64,000 bases of DNA from Candidatus Nanopelagicaceae bacterium. GTDB taxonomy: Bacteria > Actinomycetota > Actinomycetes > Nanopelagicales > Nanopelagicaceae. The notes beneath the pieces were generated by a model. The model saw only the letters and a program-made list of their open reading frames with translations, was not told where the DNA came from and did not search any database. The DNA is taken from positions 28,696 to 92,695 of the forward strand of contig JANQVH010000015.1 of assembly GCA_030730425.1 (NCBI GenBank). The letters are read 5' to 3'. Positions within the stretch are counted from its first letter, which is position 1. Every line of letters starts with the position of its first letter. This document shows, piece by piece, positions 9,122-21,086 of this stretch. A program made the translations under genes and the position numbers.

Positions 9122-10332
9122 TATTTATGCCCCAGTCTCTCTTTTTTAGTTGCAACGTATTTTTCATTAAAGGTATTGATCTCACCTGAAAGAAACTGAA
9201 GGCTAGCTTTTATTCCAGTTGAGGTAAGACTCTCTAGCTTCTCCGGATTATTACTCAACAAAATTACCGAATTAATTCTTAAAGAGTTGAGAATCTCAGC
9301 TGCATCACCAAAGTCGCGTTCATCAATATTATGACCAAGAGCTAGATTGGCATCGACTGTATCAAGGCCTTGATCTTGTAATTGATAAGCCTTGATCTTT
9401 TCAGAGAGCCCAATACCTCGCCCTTCTTGATCTCTTAAATATATAACCAATCCAGAGCCAGCTCTTTCAATCTCATTCATAGCTCTCTCTAGCTGTGATC
9501 CGCAATCACAACGAAGCGAGCCCAATACATCCCCAGTTAAGCACTCTGAATGGATTCTCACTAAGAGAGGATGCTTTGAGTCAATACTTCCAAACTTCAA
9601 AAGCGCATGATCAACTCCGCCTCGGCCTAAGAAGGTTGTAATCTGCCACTTTTCAATCTGACCGCTGCTGCTTCGTGGAAGTTCTGCCCAATTAAGGTTG
9701 ATTTCCTTCGGGCTATTAACTGTATTTGTAACATCTAGTGTCTTTAGTAGCTGAGCAATACTTAGGATAGGAATGTTTTGCTCGCTAGCGAACTTGATGA
9801 GATTTTCTCCGCGCATCATTGAGCCATCTTCATTAACTAATTCACTGATAACTCCAACATGGTTTTCACCGACCAGCTTGCACATTTCAACGATAGCCTC
9901 AGTGTGTCCGCGTCTTGCAGCAAGGCCGCCTTCATGGGCAACTAGAGGAAATATATGGCCAGGTCTTATGAAATCCTCTGCTGTAGAAGTTAAATCAGCT
10001 AAAGCTCTTATCGTGTTAGCGCGCTCTTTTGCGCTGATTCCAGTAGTAATTTCGTGCTTGGCATCAACCGTTACGGTAAAAGCAGTGCGCTTAGTATCTT
10101 GATTCTGTTTCACCATAAGCGGAAGATGCAACTGCCTTGAGCGCTCCTCAGTCATTGCCACACATATAACACCTGAGGTGTAGCGAATCATAAAACCAAT
10201 TTTCTCGGTTGTGGCAGCGCTAGCAAGTAAGAAGAGATCACCCTCATTCTCTCTATCGACATCATCTGTAACAATTACAAAACCACCATCCCTGAAGACA
10301 TCAAGTGCCTTATCTATTGAAAGACTCATCAC
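9121..10332 (-). CDS. ribBA: Bifunctional 3,4-dihydroxy-2-butanone-4-phosphate synthase / GTP cyclohydrolase II
   Basis: The N-terminal half has DRENEGDL and HTEA motifs (DHBP synthase). The C-terminal half has ECLTGDVLGSLRCDCG (GCH II zinc site). Confidence 0.92.
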   Translation of the reverse strand: MMSLSIDKALDVFRDGGFVIVTDDVDRENEGDLFLLASAATTEKIGFMIRYTSGVICVAMTEERSRQLHLPLMVKQNQDTKRTAFTVTVDAKHEITTGISAKERANTIRALADLTSTAEDFIRPGHIFPLVAHEGGLAARRGHTEAIVEMCKLVGENHVGVISELVNEDGSMMRGENLIKFASEQNIPILSIAQLLKTLDVTNTVNSPKEINLNWAELPRSSSGQIEKWQITTFLGRGGVDHALLKFGSIDSKHPLLVRIHSECLTGDVLGSLRCDCGSQLERAMNEIERAGSGLVIYLRDQEGRGIGLSEKIKAYQLQDQGLDTVDANLALGHNIDERDFGDAAEILNSLRINSVILLSNNPEKLESLTSTGIKASLQFLSGEINTFNEKYVATKKERLGHK

Positions 10333-10919
10333 TGACCTCTATTCATGAGGCGTTCGACATATTTAGCGATAACATCAACTTCAATATTAACAATGTCTCC
10401 ATCTGATTTTTGCGAAAGATTGGTTCTCTCTAGGGTCTCTGGGATTAACCAGAGCGTTAGTAGATCATCAGAAATTTCACCTACGGTAAGTGATACTCCA
10501 TCTATTGCAATTGAGCCCTGATTAACTATGTATTTAGTAAGGCTATTTGGTACTTTTACTACAAATTTGTTCCACTTCTCACCTACTGAGTTCTCAACAA
10601 TACTTCCAATTCCATCGACATGTCCTTGAACAATGTGTCCACCAAGTCTTGAATCTGCCCTTGTGGCTAGCTCCAAATTAACAAAATCACCTTCGCTAAG
10701 TTTTCCAAGGCTTGTCACCTTGAGCGTTTGAATCATCACATCAGCTTTGAAACTACCTCCACTTAATTCAATTGCAGTTAGGCAGGTTCCATTAATGCTC
10801 ACTGAATCCCCGGTCTTTATTTCAGGGATGAGAACACTCTCAATTTCAATCACAGCAGATTCAGCGCCTCTAGAAATAGAAACAACTCTTGCCTTATCAG
10901 CAATAAGACCTGTGAACAT
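10329..10919 (-). CDS. ribE: Riboflavin synthase (alpha chain)
   Basis: MFTGLI N-terminus. Duplicated lumazine-binding halves (SVNGTCLT / AIDGVSLT). Confidence 0.9.
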   Translation of the reverse strand: MFTGLIADKARVVSISRGAESAVIEIESVLIPEIKTGDSVSINGTCLTAIELSGGSFKADVMIQTLKVTSLGKLSEGDFVNLELATRADSRLGGHIVQGHVDGIGSIVENSVGEKWNKFVVKVPNSLTKYIVNQGSIAIDGVSLTVGEISDDLLTLWLIPETLERTNLSQKSDGDIVNIEVDVIAKYVERLMNRGQ

Positions 10920-11947
10920 TATTTACTCACCGCCAAGAGGTGAAGCCTTAAATTCTTATCCTTATTACCAAGTAAATCCGCAGCAATTAGCTCAAGATCC
11001 AGCCTTTGATTAAGGCTCTCTATTCCAAGATTGCCAGCAAAATCAAGGCCGGATCCAAGAAGTGTTGGCGCTTGGTAGAGGAAAACTTCATCAAAGAGTC
11101 CAGCTTTAAGAAATGCGCTACTTAACGTTGGGCCAGCTTCAATCAGAACCTGATTCCAGCTGCGTTCTTTAGCTAACTCTATAAGCGCACCTAGATCACT
11201 ATCGTTAATCTGGATTGTTTCAGCGCTCTTATCTAGAATCTTAGAATCTATTGGTATCTCTCGTTTTCCAAGGATTACTCGCACGGGTCGAAATTCAAAA
11301 TTTTCGCGCTCGACATTTCTGACCGTTAGAGATGGATTATCAGCAAGGACTGTCCCAGTACCAGTTACTATGGCATCACATTGACTACGAAGAATTGCTA
11401 CATCAGATCTTGAAATCTCACTTGTAATCCATTTTGAGCTGCCATCTAGCGCTGCAACTTTTCCATCAAGACTAGCTGCAATCTTTATCGTTATATATGG
11501 ACGAGAGTTATTAATCTTTCCAAGCCATGCTCTATTGGTGAAGGAGACTTCATCTTGGAGTAGCCCTTGCTCAACAATTATTCCTGCATCTATTAACTTC
11601 TTTACTCCACCTTGAGCAATTGGGTTTGGATCGCTAACTGCAAATATCACTTTCTTAATACCTGCGGCAATTATCGCCTCACTGCAGGGCGGGGTTTTTC
11701 CCATGTGATTACATGGCTCAAGTGTTACAAAGAGAGTTGCTCCTATTGATTTCTGCCCAGCGCTATCAAGGGCGACAACTTCTGCATGCTTTCCGCCGCC
11801 TTGGCTATGATGAAAACCTTCACTAATGATCTGGCCATCATCGCCAATAATTACTGCCCCAACAATTGGATTCGGTGCGCTCTTTCCAAGACCAAGTTTT
11901 GAAATTTCGTTGGCCCGGCGCATTGCAGATTCTGCATTTATCATCAT
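10919..11947 (-). CDS. ribD: Bifunctional diaminohydroxyphosphoribosylaminopyrimidine deaminase / 5-amino-6-(5-phosphoribosylamino)uracil reductase
   Basis: Deaminase zinc motifs HAEVVAL and LEPCNHMGKTPPC, followed by the reductase half. Start chosen at ATGATG (11947), behind a G-rich SD. An in-frame ATG at 12007 and the track start at 12079 lie inside or upstream of the riboswitch. Confidence 0.88.
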   Translation of the reverse strand: MMINAESAMRRANEISKLGLGKSAPNPIVGAVIIGDDGQIISEGFHHSQGGGKHAEVVALDSAGQKSIGATLFVTLEPCNHMGKTPPCSEAIIAAGIKKVIFAVSDPNPIAQGGVKKLIDAGIIVEQGLLQDEVSFTNRAWLGKINNSRPYITIKIAASLDGKVAALDGSSKWITSEISRSDVAILRSQCDAIVTGTGTVLADNPSLTVRNVERENFEFRPVRVILGKREIPIDSKILDKSAETIQINDSDLGALIELAKERSWNQVLIEAGPTLSSAFLKAGLFDEVFLYQAPTLLGSGLDFAGNLGIESLNQRLDLELIAADLLGNKDKNLRLHLLAVSK

Positions 11948-12009
11948 CGCCACCCCCCGAATAGATTTCCGGGGTGCGCAAAAGAGTGCGCGCAAGGATG
12001 CACGCATTT

Positions 12010-12131
12010 TGTTTCCTCTTATCCGGACTTTAACCGTCGGTCTTGGAGTTTCACCAAGTCCACCGCTAGCTGGATGCAAGCGGGTCGCAGACTTTAACTG
12101 CCGGTTCGGAATTACACCGACCCCGGAAACA
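12010..12131 (-). promoter_or_regulatory. FMN riboswitch (RFN element) aptamer in the ribD leader
   Basis: The minus-strand RNA reads TGTTTCC-GGGGTCGGTGTAATTCCGAACCGGCAGTTAAAGTCTGCGACC...GGTGAAACTCCAAGACCGACGGTTAAAGTCCGGATAAGA-GGAAACA. These are the conserved RFN cores, closed by a P1 helix TGTTTCC/GGAAACA. Confidence 0.9.
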
Positions 12132-12153
12132 ATGAAGCGAGTCTAGCCGAGAA

Positions 12154-13800
12154 TTATTCTCCGTCCCAAACGGCCATTTCAGCCTTAAAGGGATCAAGGC
12201 CCATAGGTCCAAGGTTTAATACATAGGAGTGGAATTTCTTTAGAGAGAACTTTGATCCAAGTCTCTTCTTTGCGTCTTCTCTTGCCTCCATCATGAAGCG
12301 CTCTCCAACTTTGTAAGAAATTGCCTGTCCTGGCCAGCCAAGATAGCGATCCACTTCACTACGTGCGGAAATCTCATCAAGTAAAGCTCTCTCATGAAGA
12401 AGCTTAAATGCAGACTCTGCATTCCAAACTTCACCATTAAAGTCTTTATAACCACAGTGCATTCCAATATCAACGACGATACGCGCCGCTCTTAGCCCTT
12501 GAGCAGAGAGATATCCCATCTCATAACCTGGATCTTCAAAAGCACCTAGTTCATCCATCAAGCGCTCTGCATAAAGCGCCCATCCTTCGCCATATCCAGA
12601 GACCCAGACTCTGTTGCGTTGGAAACGATTTAGACGATCGGTATTTATCTTTGTAGTTGCCACTTGAAGGTGATGTCCTGGAACTGCTTCGTGATACCAA
12701 GTTGAGACAATGTTCCACCATCCGAAAGTTTTTCTCCCCATAGTTGGAAACCAAGTTGTTCCAGGTCTTGATAAATCCTCACTAGGTCCCATGTAATAGG
12801 CAGCAGAGGCGCCTCCTGGCGGAGCAAGGCGTGCTTCACAATTGCGAATCCTGGGATCAATATCAAATTCTTTTCCATCAAGTCTCTCCACGGCAGCTGT
12901 TATGAACTCACGCAGTTTCTTAAGTAGTTCTTCTTCGCCTTCAACTGTGTATCTAGGATCTGAGTCAAGGCGATCTGCAACTTCTCTAAGAGTTTTTGCA
13001 TCTGGATAGAGCTTCTTTGCTGCGCTCCACATCCGCTCATTAATTATCTCTAGTTGTTTGATTCCCCACTCGTAGGTATCTCGCAGATCAAGATTTGCTC
13101 CAGTGAAATGGCGAGCCCACATCTTGTATCTCTCCTCGCCTACACCATCAACTGCAAGGCACTTAGGCGCATAAGAATCGCGCATCCAAGATGAAAGTGA
13201 AACGCAAGCAGCCTCAGCGCTTTTTGCTGCAGCCAATAAAGCTTGATTATCACCGGCAGGGTTAAATTTCTTGGCAACTGCAGTAAATGCACCCTTTGAG
13301 AAAGACTCTAACTGACCAGCAGTTGCAAGAACTTGTCTACGAGAATTGAATTTCCCTTTCTCTGCTGCAAACTCCAAAGATGATTTCCACCCAGCAAAAG
13401 CTGCTTCAATTCCAGCAAGACGCTTTGTTACATTTGAAATCGTTTCTGCTTGAGCTGCCTTCATCATCTCAAAGACCTGGCGAATGCTTGTGACGGGAGA
13501 TGAGATTAGATTAAAGAGAATGCGCGCCTCAAAGGTGTCATTGAGGTTTAGCTCGGAGGTTAGCCGCTCTACTGCCACATCTTTGGCGATTCGATCAAAC
13601 TCATTAATTGGAGTTTCATTCTTAATTGCAGCGAGAGTCTTTCGAGTTAGCTCTGCTCGCTTCTCATTGCCTTCCATTGAAAGGTCATCTAGTTGATCAT
13701 CAAGACCAGGAACTCCAAGCATGGTTGCTCCAATTGGCGATAGCTTGATTCCCTCCTCGAGAAAGTTATCGAGAATCGTTGAAATCGCACTGGTTGTCAT
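12154..13800 (-). CDS. DUF885 family protein (metallopeptidase-like HExxxGHH motif)
   Basis: 548 aa. HEAVPGHH motif and a length typical of DUF885. Confidence 0.7.
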   Translation of the reverse strand: MTTSAISTILDNFLEEGIKLSPIGATMLGVPGLDDQLDDLSMEGNEKRAELTRKTLAAIKNETPINEFDRIAKDVAVERLTSELNLNDTFEARILFNLISSPVTSIRQVFEMMKAAQAETISNVTKRLAGIEAAFAGWKSSLEFAAEKGKFNSRRQVLATAGQLESFSKGAFTAVAKKFNPAGDNQALLAAAKSAEAACVSLSSWMRDSYAPKCLAVDGVGEERYKMWARHFTGANLDLRDTYEWGIKQLEIINERMWSAAKKLYPDAKTLREVADRLDSDPRYTVEGEEELLKKLREFITAAVERLDGKEFDIDPRIRNCEARLAPPGGASAAYYMGPSEDLSRPGTTWFPTMGRKTFGWWNIVSTWYHEAVPGHHLQVATTKINTDRLNRFQRNRVWVSGYGEGWALYAERLMDELGAFEDPGYEMGYLSAQGLRAARIVVDIGMHCGYKDFNGEVWNAESAFKLLHERALLDEISARSEVDRYLGWPGQAISYKVGERFMMEAREDAKKRLGSKFSLKKFHSYVLNLGPMGLDPFKAEMAVWDGE

Positions 13801-16352
<2,552 letters not shown>

Positions 16353-16428
16353 GCGCTCTGCCTTCCTAAAATGAGAAAAAGTTAGAAGATAAGTCTAAGG
16401 GAGCACTTACTTGCAATGAACAATATTG

Positions 16429-16773
16429 CTAATCCTTTGAGCCACGAAGCTTTCGAAGGCTAGTGCGATCTATATCTTTACTCCGCTCATGGCGCTTACG
16501 CAGTTGAAGCTCAACAGCTTCAGCCGCTTCATCAAATGCTGCTAAATCATTAAAGCCTGAGCCCTCTGCTCTAAGAAGTGGCCCACTTCCATGGGAGGTG
16601 AGAACTACTCTATGAGAGCTCTTTCCAAATCTGGGGTTTGCCTCATGTTTTACATCTACATCAATTCTCTCAATTGGAATACTAAATCTACTTAGCCTCT
16701 CTAAGCGTTCAACTGCAATCTTTTGAAAATCTATCGCTAACGATTCTCCATGGTTATGAATTATTATCTTCAT
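16429..16773 (-). CDS. hpf: Ribosome-associated HPF/RaiA family protein, short form
   Basis: 114 aa. The N-terminus MKIIIHNHG..L......I..RLERL matches the sigma-54-modulation/HPF fold pattern. No C-terminal dimerisation extension. Confidence 0.6.
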   Translation of the reverse strand: MKIIIHNHGESLAIDFQKIAVERLERLSRFSIPIERIDVDVKHEANPRFGKSSHRVVLTSHGSGPLLRAEGSGFNDLAAFDEAAEAVELQLRKRHERSKDIDRTSLRKLRGSKD

Positions 16774-16892
16774 CGCTCTCCTTAATTTCTCTAGAGCATT
16801 ATCTTGCTTGTAACTATGCCAAAGTACTCCTACTTTTAAGGCGTAGGCAAGAGTTATCCTCCGGAATTAACTGAGAGTTAAGCCTGAATTTA

Positions 16893-17273
16893 TTACAGAA
16901 GAAGGAGAGTAAAGGCCCCTGTAATCCCTAGCGCTAGCGCTGTTGCTTGAGCCAAGATTAAAAGAGCGGTTTTGCGATCTGCAGGTTTATCTTCTGGATT
17001 TGCTACCTTTGATATCTGACCAAGTTTTCCCAAATTAAAAGTTCCAGCAAGTCCATAAGCGAGGCAGAATTTTTTCCTTGATTGAATAAAGCCGACTGAG
17101 AAGATAATGAGCGGGGCAAAGAGAGTTAGACCTGAGGCTTGAGGTGCGGAGGCAGCAATTAAGCCAATCGCTAGAATCAGTGAAATTACAAAACCAACTA
17201 GCGCCACAACCTGGCGGCTACGTACTTCGGCTTTACCTAGATTACAAGTTCCAGGAATATAAGTATCACTCAC
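16893..17273 (-). CDS. Hypothetical membrane protein
   Basis: 126-aa ORF with a GTG start and three hydrophobic segments. No family recognised. Confidence 0.5.
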   Translation of the reverse strand: MSDTYIPGTCNLGKAEVRSRQVVALVGFVISLILAIGLIAASAPQASGLTLFAPLIIFSVGFIQSRKKFCLAYGLAGTFNLGKLGQISKVANPEDKPADRKTALLILAQATALALGITGAFTLLLL

Positions 17274-17422
17274 TAGAAAGCTTCTTCTAAATCCTCGTCT
17301 TCAGACCAGACCGCTTCAACATCTTCTTGTTTTTCAACCCAAGATAAGAATGAGAGAGCCCCTTTTACAGCAACAAGAATTAAAGCAACGAGTGCTGTAA
17401 TTCTGCTAATTGCTTTAATCAT
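17273..17422 (-). CDS. Candidate small membrane protein (49 aa), not in the ORF track
   Basis: My translation: MIKAISRITALVALILVAVKGALSFLSWVEKQEDVEAVWSEDEDLEEAF. It has one TM segment plus an acidic tail. Its TAG overlaps the GTG of the downstream gene by 1 nt. No obvious SD. Confidence 0.35.
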   Translation of the reverse strand: MIKAISRITALVALILVAVKGALSFLSWVEKQEDVEAVWSEDEDLEEAF

Positions 17423-17431
17423 GGCTTGATT

Positions 17432-18973
17432 CTATGTCAGCCTTGCCAAAGTTTCCAACGCAGCCATAGCAGCGTTATGTCCGGCAATTCCACTAACCCC
17501 GCCGCCACGAAGCGCGCCAGCGCCTGCTAGGAAAATTCGCTCCGAACTAGTTTCAACTCCCCACTTTCTACTATCCCCATCTTGCTTCCAGGGAAATTGG
17601 AGATCGCTATGGAAGATATTTCCTCTAGGTAGTCCCAGCTCTTTTTCTAATTCTTGCGGGGTCTTAACCTCAATACAGAGATGGCCGTCACTATCTTTAG
17701 CTAAATAACTCTCAATTGGCCTCTCTAAAAACTCGCTAAAACCATCCAAAATTCTCTTGCTCACCTCAGCCTTGATTCGGTCATGATCTTTATCAAAGAG
17801 TGAAGCTGGAAGATGAAGAGCAAAGAGAGTAAGGCTCTGGTAGCCAGCAGCTATCAAATCTGGATGCAGAATCGTTGAATCGGTGAGGGTATGGCAGTAG
17901 AGCTCGGAGGGAATGACATCTGGAATCTGACCAAGGCTTGCTTGAGCAAAAGCCTGCTCTAGCTCAAAGTAGCTCTCGTTTACATGAAATGTCCCAGCAA
18001 AGGCCACTTTAGGATCAGCCCCACTTTTTAGCTTAGGAAGCTCTCTTAAAACCATATTTATCTTCACCTGCGAACCATCTCGAAGTGGTGGCGCCTTAAA
18101 GTCAGTGATTCTCTCTAAGACTCTGGGCGCACAATTTGCTAGCGCGACTTTTGCTTTATAGCTCTTTCCATCTTGAGTCTGAATTAAAAGATTATTATCG
18201 CCTTGAGTAATTGAAGTAACCTCTTGGCTGGCAACTATCTCAACGCCCAATTGCTTTGCCCTAATTAGTAGTTGATCAACTAGAACCCCCATCCCACCTT
18301 TAGGAACGCGCCACTGCCCACTTGAGTTTCCAATAACGTGATAGATAAAGCACTTATTAGCTAGGTGATCATCAGCGCTAGTAAATGTACCGATAAGTCC
18401 ATCGGTAAGGACTACACCTTTTACTAGATCATCAAAGAAATTATCGTTTAGGCTCTGAGCTAAGGTGTTTTCAACTAGCTCTACCCAGGTGAGTGGATCT
18501 ACTAGCTCCTTTATCTCTGACTCTGTTGGCACTGGTTCCAACATAGTTGGAGCAACAACTTCAGCAAACTCTTTAATAGATCGATAGAAGCTCTCCCAGG
18601 CTATAGCTTCATCATCACCTTCTGTTAGTTCAGAGAGTGAATCTCTACTTTCTTGATCAAAATCTGAATTGATTAATAACCCTTTATCACTCTCGCCATC
18701 GAAGTAAGGAGTATATGAAGATACTTTACGGCCAATAGTTTCAAAGTTAAGTGATAGGTCTTTAATGATTTGATCTGGTAGAAGAGAGACTAAATACGAA
18801 TATCTAGAGAGTTTGGCATCAACTCCCTTAAAAGCTTTCACACTAGTTGTTGCTCCCCCAAGTGAGGCGCTCTTTTCTAGAACTAAAATACTCTTCCCAG
18901 CTTTAGCTAGATAGCAAGCTGAAACAAGCCCATTATGTCCACTGCCAATTACTACCGCGTCATAGCTCTTCAT
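17432..18973 (-). CDS. NAD(P)/FAD-dependent oxidoreductase, phytoene desaturase (CrtI-like, COG1233) family
   Basis: N-terminal dinucleotide fold YDAVVIGSGHNGLVSACYLAKAGKSILVLE. 513 aa, with a C-terminal GGGVSG motif. Confidence 0.7.
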   Translation of the reverse strand: MKSYDAVVIGSGHNGLVSACYLAKAGKSILVLEKSASLGGATTSVKAFKGVDAKLSRYSYLVSLLPDQIIKDLSLNFETIGRKVSSYTPYFDGESDKGLLINSDFDQESRDSLSELTEGDDEAIAWESFYRSIKEFAEVVAPTMLEPVPTESEIKELVDPLTWVELVENTLAQSLNDNFFDDLVKGVVLTDGLIGTFTSADDHLANKCFIYHVIGNSSGQWRVPKGGMGVLVDQLLIRAKQLGVEIVASQEVTSITQGDNNLLIQTQDGKSYKAKVALANCAPRVLERITDFKAPPLRDGSQVKINMVLRELPKLKSGADPKVAFAGTFHVNESYFELEQAFAQASLGQIPDVIPSELYCHTLTDSTILHPDLIAAGYQSLTLFALHLPASLFDKDHDRIKAEVSKRILDGFSEFLERPIESYLAKDSDGHLCIEVKTPQELEKELGLPRGNIFHSDLQFPWKQDGDSRKWGVETSSERIFLAGAGALRGGGVSGIAGHNAAMAALETLARLT

Positions 18974-20118
18974 AGAGATTTTAGGATGCGATCAAATGCT
19001 TCAGTAATAATCTCAGGGCTAGTTCCAAAGTTAAAGCGAATATATTGTTTATGGTTGGGGCCATACATATAGCCGCCTTTAAAAGCTACTTTTCCTCTCT
19101 CTAAAAGATGCTTTGCTGGGTCATCTCCTAAGTTAAGAGCTGAGAGATCAAGCCAGGCCAAATAGCTAAAGTCAGGCTCTCGATAGGCAATAGATGGAAT
19201 CTTGCTATCAATTAAATTTCTTATTAATACTTTATTCTCTTCAAGTGTCGTAATTACCCCGTCTAGCCAATCAATTGATTGGGCAAAGCCAGCAGTTGTC
19301 GCAACTGCCCCAAAAATAGAGGCTCGATAGCCAACAGATTCAGGCATTGCGTTAATTCGCTGCTTTAGCTCCTCCGTGCCTGTGATGATTAAAGCGCATT
19401 TGAGTCCAGCTAGATTAAACGCTTTCCCAGAGCCAGAGATAGCTACGCATACTTCGCGAGCATCATCGCTAACGGCCATAAATGGATGAAACTCGCGCCC
19501 TTTATAGACAAGAGGTGCATGAATTTCATCGCTAATTATTACTACGCCGTATTTTTTAGCTAAGGAGGCAAGTGAGGTCAAAACTTCTTTAGCAAAGATA
19601 ACTCCAACAGGATTATGAGGATGGCAAAGCAGATGAACTTTAACTCCAGCTTTATATTCTCTCTCAATGCCATCTAAATCAAGCCAATAGTTTTCTCCCT
19701 CTTGTTTTAGCGGGACATCAACTAAAGTTGCACCTACCTCTTTAGGCCAGGTCCAGAAATTTTCATAAACTGGAGAATTAACCATTAGTTTCTCGCCGGG
19801 TTTTAAGAGAGTTCGAATTACTTCAACTGCTGCCACGCCAGCATCGGTGGCTGTGCGAATATGAGCAGGATCAACTTTCCAACCCCAACGTGTATCTGCA
19901 AATTTAGAAAATGCTTCAAATAGCTCCGGCATTGGACCTAAGTAACCAGTATCAGAGCGATCAATCATGTCGCGAAGTGCTTGCTTGATTGGCTCGGCTA
20001 TCGGGAAATCCATTTCAGCAACTGGAAGGGGAAGAACATCGCTAGGGAAAAATCTCCACTTATCGCTCTTTCTGCCTCGTAGCTCATTTAGCCCAGGGGC
20101 TCTAACAACTTCGGCCAT
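18970..20118 (-). CDS. PLP-dependent C-S lyase / aminotransferase, MalY/PatB family
   Basis: 382 aa. GSGKAFNLAGLK (PLP-lysine region resembling SKTFNLAGL). DEIHAPL motif. Confidence 0.7.
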   Translation of the reverse strand: MAEVVRAPGLNELRGRKSDKWRFFPSDVLPLPVAEMDFPIAEPIKQALRDMIDRSDTGYLGPMPELFEAFSKFADTRWGWKVDPAHIRTATDAGVAAVEVIRTLLKPGEKLMVNSPVYENFWTWPKEVGATLVDVPLKQEGENYWLDLDGIEREYKAGVKVHLLCHPHNPVGVIFAKEVLTSLASLAKKYGVVIISDEIHAPLVYKGREFHPFMAVSDDAREVCVAISGSGKAFNLAGLKCALIITGTEELKQRINAMPESVGYRASIFGAVATTAGFAQSIDWLDGVITTLEENKVLIRNLIDSKIPSIAYREPDFSYLAWLDLSALNLGDDPAKHLLERGKVAFKGGYMYGPNHKQYIRFNFGTSPEIITEAFDRILKSL

Positions 20119-20159
20119 GGGCAGGAGTATGCCACTGCTATCAAATTAAATGAAAGGTA

Positions 20160-21086
20160 TTAACCCTTAACGGAACCAGCTAATAAACCTCGCACAAAAT
20201 ATCTCTGTAGCGCAAAGAAAACACCTACCGGCACCAAGATAGAAACAAAGGCGCCTGCAGTTAACAACTCCCAATCTCCCCCTCTAGTTCCAGTCATTTC
20301 AGCAAGTCTGACCATGAGAGGTGCAATATCTCGCTTCCCACCACCAAATGTGAGAGCAACAAGTAAATCATTCCAAACCCATAAGAATTGGAAGATCGCA
20401 AAGGATGCAATTGCCGGGATGCTAAGTGGCAAGACTATTTGTCTAAATAGCTTGAAATAATCGGCGCCATCAACCCTGGCCGCCTCCATCAGCTCTCTCG
20501 GTAATTGCGCAATAAAGTTATGGAGCAGAAATATCGCAAGCGGAAGACCAAACATAGTGTGAGCCAGCCATATTGGAATAAAGGTTCCAGTGATACCAAA
20601 ACTTGGAATCACAGTAACGCTTCCAATATGAAGTCCTCCAGAGAATAATTGAAGCAAAGGAATTAGAGACATCTGAAGTGGAATTACTTGGAGGGCAAAG
20701 ATTCCAAAGAAAATAAAGTTTCTTCCCCTAAAGTCAAACCAAGCAATTGCATAAGCTGCAAAGATTGCAATTGTTATTGGAATAATTGTTGAAGGAATAA
20801 CGATGGCAAAGGTATTTACAAAGTACTGACTCAAAGGAGGAGTAGCGCCGCGACCTTCAAACAAGACTCTGCTGTAATTCTCAAGAGTAAATTCAGGCTT
20901 GGTAAGTACTGTCCACCATCCAGATGAGTTGATTCCCGTCTGAGGTCTTAAGGAAGTAACAAAGAGGCCAAAGGTAGGAATCGTCCAGAGTACTGCTACC
21001 AAAATTGCTACAAAGCTTGCCCAGGGAGAGCTTAAGTGGCTCTTCACCGCTTCAACTTTGCCTTTCTTTATCGCCTTTGCCATCAC
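20160..21086 (-). CDS. Carbohydrate ABC transporter permease (MalG-like)
   Basis: Six hydrophobic segments. EAA-loop-like ELMEAARVDGADYFKLFRQIVLP. Confidence 0.85.
   Translation of the reverse strand: MMAKAIKKGKVEAVKSHLSSPWASFVAILVAVLWTIPTFGLFVTSLRPQTGINSSGWWTVLTKPEFTLENYSRVLFEGRGATPPLSQYFVNTFAIVIPSTIIPITIAIFAAYAIAWFDFRGRNFIFFGIFALQVIPLQMSLIPLLQLFSGGLHIGSVTVIPSFGITGTFIPIWLAHTMFGLPLAIFLLHNFIAQLPRELMEAARVDGADYFKLFRQIVLPLSIPAIASFAIFQFLWVWNDLLVALTFGGGKRDIAPLMVRLAEMTGTRGGDWELLTAGAFVSILVPVGVFFALQRYFVRGLLAGSVKG

Noticed and set aside
12005-12079. 5' extension of the ribD ORF to 12079 in the ORF track.
   Set aside because: The extension runs through the FMN riboswitch aptamer, so it is RNA structure and not coding. 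The ATG at 12007 is kept only as an alternative start in the riboswitch finding.
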